This document shows, piece after piece, positions 58,603 through 64,000 of a stretch of DNA of 64,000 nt. How positions within the stretch are numbered: the stretch's first letter is position 1; each line of letters opens with the position of its first letter. The position numbers and the translations under genes were made by a program. The notes beneath the pieces were generated by a model that had not been told where the DNA came from, did no database searches, and saw only the letters and a program-made list of their open reading frames with translations. The DNA comes from Candidatus Latescibacterota bacterium. GTDB taxonomy: Bacteria > Latescibacterota > UBA2968. Where the stretch lies: NCBI GenBank assembly GCA_965208125.1, contig OZ242320.1, forward strand, positions 1,312,001 through 1,376,000. Direction: 5' to 3'.

Positions 58603-59475
58603 CTACCTACCCGAACTCAGAAAACTTTCCGATTGCAGATCCACATCAAAAATGCGAATAAATTGATGGGGCTTTTTCGTCTCGCCGATCAACTCGGGTA
58701 TGCCATCGCCATCGAGATCCGCGTAGCCAATCTTATCACCAAAGCCATCGCGGTATTCCCACTCAACGCGTTGATAAGTCGCGCCAATAACAAACCCCGT
58801 ATTGAGTACAATCTCAAGCTCACCGTCATCATCGAGATCGCCAACAGCCATACTCTGTGCCCATAGCCCCTGCTCACTGCTCCATTCTAAAAACAGATTT
58901 TTGCAATCGAACACAAACAACCGCCCAATCTGTGCGGCGCGATCCTGGTCGAGATTATCGCGCGATCCACCCGGCGGCCGATAGCTCCGGCTCTCTGCAG
59001 CATCCTCGCCGCAAAACACCAGCTCGAGCTGCGGGTCGTCATCAATATTTTCAACCACCATAGCCGAAACCGATGCAAACTCATTGTCCGGACTTCGCCA
59101 TATTTCGTGGAAGTCGCTGGCGCGATAAAACGCAATATCTCCAGCATGGGTATATGCAACGATCTCAAGCTCGTCATCGACATCGATATCCAGAACAAAA
59201 ACCTCTGCAATCTCCGATCTCAGAGGAGGACTTCTCCACACCTCTCGAAAGCGCCCCTCTTGCATTTCCAACACGTAAACTGACCCATGCCGATCGCCAT
59301 ACACAATGCGCGGTGCCTCATCACCTCTTCCCGCAATTGCTTTTACAGCTCGCATCTCGGGTACAAATCCGCCAAAAGAGATCGCGTCATCATCCTTCCA
59401 ATGAAACCACGCCAGATCGGTCGCTGAAATTGTAGATGCAAGAGCAACAAGCAAAAGCAGAATCTTGATAACCAT
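58603..59475 (-). CDS. Secreted FG-GAP/VCBS-repeat protein
   Basis: Signal peptide; DIDVDDELEI, NIDDDPQLEL, DLDDDGELEI and DLDGDGIPEL repeats. Confidence 0.78.
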   Translation of the reverse strand: MVIKILLLLVALASTISATDLAWFHWKDDDAISFGGFVPEMRAVKAIAGRGDEAPRIVYGDRHGSVYVLEMQEGRFREVWRSPPLRSEIAEVFVLDIDVDDELEIVAYTHAGDIAFYRASDFHEIWRSPDNEFASVSAMVVENIDDDPQLELVFCGEDAAESRSYRPPGGSRDNLDQDRAAQIGRLFVFDCKNLFLEWSSEQGLWAQSMAVGDLDDDGELEIVLNTGFVIGATYQRVEWEYRDGFGDKIGYADLDGDGIPELIGETKKPHQFIRIFDVDLQSESFLSSGR

Positions 59476-59485
59476 AGTGAACTCC

Positions 59486-60397
59486 TCAAAATATCTCAAT
59501 AGTGAGATAGCGTTTGGGATTCCGCTTGATATCTGCAATAAGACTATCCACAGACGTCAATGTGCGATCCAGATGCTCGTACACCGCTTCGTCCTTAACC
59601 AAACGCCCGACCGTACCGCGTCCGTCTCGTATCCCTTTGGAAATATCATCGAGATTGGCAAATGTATTCTGCATAGCAACCGAAGTCGATTCCATCTGTG
59701 CCGAAATCCGCGCAAGGCGTTCCATAGTCACTGCTATATTGGTCACGGCAATACTCAAATTTTCGCGATTATCCCGCATCAAACCACTCGCATCGCCCGT
59801 CGCCACCGCCAAACTGTCGAGCATCTTATCGACCTTACCCAGATTATCGTCATTCAATAACCGGTTGAGATAGTACGCAGTCGTATCAATACGCGAAAGA
59901 ACGCTTTCCAGATGCGCGAGATTATTCTCACTGGCTACGCCATCTACTGCACCGCGGATTTTTTCGATCATAAGCCTGCTTTCAGACACCATCGCATCGA
60001 GATCTGAAGCAGAAGTCCCCTGCACAACAGCACCATCTGGAAGACGCTGTTCCGACTCCCCCAACTGAATTTCGATCATCTGTCCACCCAGCAGACCGTC
60101 GGATTTGAGTAAAAAACGCGAATCCACGGGCAAATCTCTCACTGAGGCAAATCCAAGTGCAACAAAAGGCAATCCATCCTCAAGGGTTATAGACAACACC
60201 TTTCCCACCCGCACCCCGCGGAACGTCACGGGATTGCCCACTTGAAGCCCCGGCACACTGTCGAACTTAGCATGGATGCGATATCCACCAGCCGCACCAG
60301 CATAGCGCTCAGAGAGCCACACTGTGCCGACCACCAGAATAACGGCTGCAAAAAATACGACTGCGCCCAGGATAATTTCTTGACGGCGATTTCTCAT
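59486..60397 (-). CDS. mlaD: MlaD/MCE family protein
   Basis: N-terminal TM helix, GLQVGNPVTFRGVRVGKV MCE motif, GTVGRLV and IKRNPKRY tail. Confidence 0.9.
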   Translation of the reverse strand: MRNRRQEIILGAVVFFAAVILVVGTVWLSERYAGAAGGYRIHAKFDSVPGLQVGNPVTFRGVRVGKVLSITLEDGLPFVALGFASVRDLPVDSRFLLKSDGLLGGQMIEIQLGESEQRLPDGAVVQGTSASDLDAMVSESRLMIEKIRGAVDGVASENNLAHLESVLSRIDTTAYYLNRLLNDDNLGKVDKMLDSLAVATGDASGLMRDNRENLSIAVTNIAVTMERLARISAQMESTSVAMQNTFANLDDISKGIRDGRGTVGRLVKDEAVYEHLDRTLTSVDSLIADIKRNPKRYLTIEIF

Positions 60398-60400
60398 ACG

Positions 60401-61144
60401 CTACCCCAATCTGCCCTGAACAAACAATTCGAAAACCTCATTGCCAGATGCTTCGACATCTTCCATTGCACCTTGAACCACTGCTTTACCATCATAGAGC
60501 AGGGCAACCCGATCTGAAACGCGTCGGGCAAGGGGCATATCGTGAGTAACGACTACCGATGTCACATTGAGTTCCGATTGCAATTTAAGTATATAGTCGC
60601 CCACAACACTGGATGTATTTGGATCCAGACCCGTTGTGGGTTCATCGTAAAGAATAAAATCGGGTTCCATCGCAATCGCCCGCGCAAGTGCCGCGCGTTT
60701 TCTCATTCCCCCCGACAACTCAACCGGCATCCTGGCCTCTGTACCCGCCAACCGCACGGCATCGAGACATACATGCACGCGCTCTGCAATTTCTTCTTCG
60801 GACATCCTGGTGTGCATACGCAACCCAAAAGCCACATTTTCTTTTACTGTCATAGAATCAAAAAGCGCCGAAGACTGAAATAAAACACCAATGCGCTTGC
60901 GCAACTCAATCAACTCACCGCGACGAATCCGCTCCATGTCATAACCGGCAACGACGACCTTTCCCTCATCGGCCCGCTCAATCCCAATAACATGCTTTAA
61001 GGTCACACTTTTGCCGCATCCACTCGGTCCCAAAATAGTCGTAATCTCAGACCGGGGAACCCGCAGGTCAAGCCCTTTCAGCACGGGTTGTGCATCAAAA
61101 GACTTAAACACCTCGACAAATTCAATAGCCGTTTCAGTCGCCAT
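60401..61144 (-). CDS. mlaF: MlaF-type ABC ATP-binding protein
   Basis: GPSGCGKS, FQSSALFDS, LSGGMRKR and YDEPTTGLDP motifs. Confidence 0.9.
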   Translation of the reverse strand: MATETAIEFVEVFKSFDAQPVLKGLDLRVPRSEITTILGPSGCGKSVTLKHVIGIERADEGKVVVAGYDMERIRRGELIELRKRIGVLFQSSALFDSMTVKENVAFGLRMHTRMSEEEIAERVHVCLDAVRLAGTEARMPVELSGGMRKRAALARAIAMEPDFILYDEPTTGLDPNTSSVVGDYILKLQSELNVTSVVVTHDMPLARRVSDRVALLYDGKAVVQGAMEDVEASGNEVFELFVQGRLG

Positions 61145-61148
61145 AATG

Positions 61149-61922
61149 TTAATACAACAACGCGTGTGTTAAAAAATAATCGAGAATGAGAACAAGCGCA
61201 GAAGATATCACAACTGCAGCCGTGGCAGCCCGTCCAACGCCCTGCGCACCACCTGCGGTGCAAAGCCCCATATAAGCACCCATAAACGTCAGTAACCCAC
61301 CATAAACAACGGATTTGACCAACCCAACAAAAACATCATACACCTCAAAATAGAGCTTCATACCTTTGACTAATTCTGTAGGCGTAATAGCCATCTTGAT
61401 CATCGACATACCAAACCCGCAGATAATCGCGACCAAAAAAGAATAAACCACGAGAACTGGAACCATAATCCAGCCAGCGAGTATTCGGGGTAACATAAGG
61501 TACCCCACAGGATCGACAGCCATTGACGTGAGCGCATCTACTTGCTCTGAGACTTTCATGGTACCGAGTTCAGACGCAACGCCCGCCCCCACCCTGCCCG
61601 CGAGCACGAGACCCAACAAAATAGGCGACAGCACGAGTATCACAGAGCGGACCATAAGCGCCCCAACCATATAGTCGGGCACGTAAGTCTCCATCTGATA
61701 AGCCGTCTGAATAGCGACCGCCATCCCGCTAAAAGCCGAAATCAGGCAAACCAGGGGCAAAGAGCCAACACCAACAGCATAACACTGTTCAATAATCTGA
61801 TGTCGATAGAGGTAGAGATGCCGCATTTCCGTCACGCACTGGACGCCATAGCAGAACATCTGGAAAACCTGGATGAAAAATGCGGCGAGTTGCCCACCGA
61901 GGAATGCAAATAATCGGCCCAT
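61149..61922 (-). CDS. mlaE: MlaE-type ABC permease
   Basis: GVGSLP, LAGRVGAGVASELGTMKVSEQVDAL and GVGRAATAAVV motifs. Confidence 0.92.
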   Translation of the reverse strand: MGRLFAFLGGQLAAFFIQVFQMFCYGVQCVTEMRHLYLYRHQIIEQCYAVGVGSLPLVCLISAFSGMAVAIQTAYQMETYVPDYMVGALMVRSVILVLSPILLGLVLAGRVGAGVASELGTMKVSEQVDALTSMAVDPVGYLMLPRILAGWIMVPVLVVYSFLVAIICGFGMSMIKMAITPTELVKGMKLYFEVYDVFVGLVKSVVYGGLLTFMGAYMGLCTAGGAQGVGRAATAAVVISSALVLILDYFLTHALLY

Positions 61923-62083
61923 AGTGAAGCCCAATAGTGAGGCGGGTTAAAAGGATCCAGAAAGCGTGTAAAATCTACACTCCATTTTTAAATAAATCAA
62001 CCCTTTTTGCTGCAAGAGCCCGCACAGAAAAGGCGGCCCTGGAAAAACCAGAACCGCCTTTAATACTTCGAAGACACATGGTA

Positions 62084-62947
62084 TCAGACCAGATCTTCCA
62101 CTTTTCCACCCGGCACATTTCTCCGAAAATATCGCTGCAACTTGGCAAGCGCGCGATTGCGAATCTGGCGCACGCGCTCTCGGGTAACACCCAGAGAACA
62201 GCCAATATCACTCAGCGTCCGACGCTCATCTCCGTCGAGACCAAAATAAGCGCGAATAACATCTCGCTCTCGGGGATCCAGAGAATCATTGAGAGACCGC
62301 GATATGAACTCGGACTGATCCCGGTATATCACGAGCTGATCTGGATCCTCTTCATCGGCCTCGAGCAGATTCATCAGCGGTTGCTCGCCCGCCGTATCTA
62401 CAGGCGCAGACAAAGACAGGTCTGGGCGCACACAGCGCAACGCCCGCTCAGCGCGTTGGTTGCTGATCTTCATATCGCTGGCAACTTCGTCCAGCGCAGG
62501 CACGCGCCCCAGTTCCTGTGTCATCTGCCCCCAGCGACGCGCCATCCGGTCCATATCCTCCTGGCGATTTGCAGGCATAACCACATTAGATGTGCGCTTG
62601 AGCGCGTTGAGAATACACTGTCGAATCCACCACACCGCATAGCTGATGAACTTAAACCCGCGTTCTTCGTCAAATCGCTTGAGGGCTTCCATCAATCCCA
62701 TATTGCCCTCGGCAATCAAATCGGCAAGGGGCACGCCTCGCCCCTGATACTCGAGTGCAACACTGACGACAAAACGCAAGTTTGACGTAATAATCTTGTC
62801 AATAGCCGCTTGATTTCCCCGTTTGGCCTTGCGAAGAATCTTTTGTTCCTCTTCTCGGCTCAATGGGGGGTACTTACGCAGTTCCTTGAGATAGCTCTGA
62901 ACAGAAGCTTCGCGCGCGTACTGCGTCTCTTGTTGAGTGTATTCCAT
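62084..62947 (-). CDS. RNA polymerase sigma-70 factor, RpoD/SigA family lacking region 1.1
   Basis: NLRFVVSVA, DLIAEGNMGL, FISYAVWWIRQ and TRERVRQI motifs; RBS GGAG before the ATG at 62947. Confidence 0.92.
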   Translation of the reverse strand: MEYTQQETQYAREASVQSYLKELRKYPPLSREEEQKILRKAKRGNQAAIDKIITSNLRFVVSVALEYQGRGVPLADLIAEGNMGLMEALKRFDEERGFKFISYAVWWIRQCILNALKRTSNVVMPANRQEDMDRMARRWGQMTQELGRVPALDEVASDMKISNQRAERALRCVRPDLSLSAPVDTAGEQPLMNLLEADEEDPDQLVIYRDQSEFISRSLNDSLDPRERDVIRAYFGLDGDERRTLSDIGCSLGVTRERVRQIRNRALAKLQRYFRRNVPGGKVEDLV

Positions 62948-63358
62948 TTTATCTCCTACCTCTTGTTCCTTCTTACCCGCCTCAGTGCGGGATCCTGGCG
63001 CAACAGTTGGCGTTTCCACTTTTGATTGTCACCCCCTCCCAGAAGTGCGTTGTTTAATGAACTGCTCCCGGCTTATCTCATGCAGGGACATGTGGACACC
63101 TCTTCTTAAACGCGCCTGACAGTCACAAAGTTTCACAACTTCGACATAATATTTGGACATGTGCCAGGCTTTTTCTTTATTACTCTTCATCCCCTGTTAC
63201 ATCTTAGATACACGCCACACATCTAAAGGTTTCAAAATAGTGAATGCGCGGGAGAAGATCTCGAATTGCTTGCGGAACCGGTGCCGAAAGGCTATCTTGC
63301 CCGCTGCCTGGCAATGATACGCGATTTTAACGCTGTGTTTACAAAGAAAGGAAAAACA

Positions 63359-64000
63359 ATGCCCCGGCATAAAGATCACATCTTTCACAGAACCCTGAAA
63401 AAAGAATGGTCGAAGATATCACACGGAGAAGGCATTTACCTGTTCGATACCGAAGGGAAACGCTACCTCGACGCCTGTGCGGGCGTGCATGTGGTCAGTA
63501 TCGGCCACGGGGTCAAAGAGATCGCAGATGTCATGGCCAAACAGGCTGAGAAGGTCTGTTTTACCTACGCCCGGTTCCTCACCCAGCCCCAGATCGACCT
63601 ATCAGACAGGATCGCCAGCCTCACGCCAGACGACCTGAACCGGGTCTTCTTCGTTTCCGGAGGGTCCGAAGCCACAGAGTCGGCCATGAAAATCGCCCGA
63701 AAGTACCATATCGCAACCGGCAATCCCGGAAAGTACAGGGTCATCTCCCGGTGGCAGGCCTGGCACGGGAATACGGTTGGCGCCCTCTCCATGTCCGGGC
63801 GGTCGCCCTGGCGCGAGGACTATATTCCCTACCTGCTGAATTTCCCCCATATCCCGCCGCCCTACCCCTACCGATGCGCCTACTGTAAGGACCACTCGGA
63901 ATGCCAGCTCCACTGCGCAGAAGAACTGGAGCGGGTTATCAAACAGGAGGGGAGCGAGTCGATCTCCGCCTTTATCGCCGAACCGATTCTCGGCACCTCC
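63359..64000 (+). CDS. Class III PLP-dependent aminotransferase (3' end outside the window; absent from the ORF track)
   Basis: Direct translation MPRHKDHIFHR ... GEGIYLFDTEGKRYLDACAG ... SIGHG ... FVSGGSEATESAMKIAR ... WHGNT ... AFIAEP; AAGGA RBS. Confidence 0.9.
   Translation, partial: MPRHKDHIFHRTLKKEWSKISHGEGIYLFDTEGKRYLDACAGVHVVSIGHGVKEIADVMAKQAEKVCFTYARFLTQPQIDLSDRIASLTPDDLNRVFFVSGGSEATESAMKIARKYHIATGNPGKYRVISRWQAWHGNTVGALSMSGRSPWREDYIPYLLNFPHIPPPYPYRCAYCKDHSECQLHCAEELERVIKQEGSESISAFIAEPILGTS

Noticed and set aside
58369-58866. 165-aa ORF MVGATGFEPAT...
   Set aside because: Antisense translation of tRNA-Pro plus a REP doublet, a typical spurious ORF.

Overview
Bacterial chromosomal window from a diderm (Mla lipid transporter, lipoproteins). 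FlgD/T9SS-type C-terminal domains and a short RpoD-type sigma factor suggest an FCB-superphylum lineage such as Gemmatimonadota/Latescibacterota, and the internalin-like LRR protein suggests a host-associated lifestyle; both are inferences. The core backbone carries a double-length uvrA (5' end outside the window), rnr, sodN, CIRCE-controlled groES-groEL, pyrD, rlpA, hemE-hemH-hemY, glnA, tRNA-Pro(GGG), mlaEFD, a sigma-70 gene, carbohydrate enzymes and many GTAG-type REP doublets. Three accessory loci stand out. (1) A compositionally foreign cassette after uvrA: HerA-type ATPase, NurA nuclease and an N4C/N6A-type DNA methyltransferase with a frameshifted tail, which may be an RM-like defence system. 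(2) Right after it, an NYN/PIN ribonuclease gene preceded by a near-consensus sigma70 promoter, a short two-hairpin RNA (cUUCGg hairpin plus terminator), which is the layout of an RNA-antitoxin toxin-antitoxin module. (3) An ~8.9 kb tandem array of four secreted double-Cache-like proteins between glnA and tRNA-Pro, with conserved frameworks, hypervariable blocks at equivalent positions, mosaic ancestry and readable duplication junctions. All calls come from reading motifs by eye; no database searches were run.
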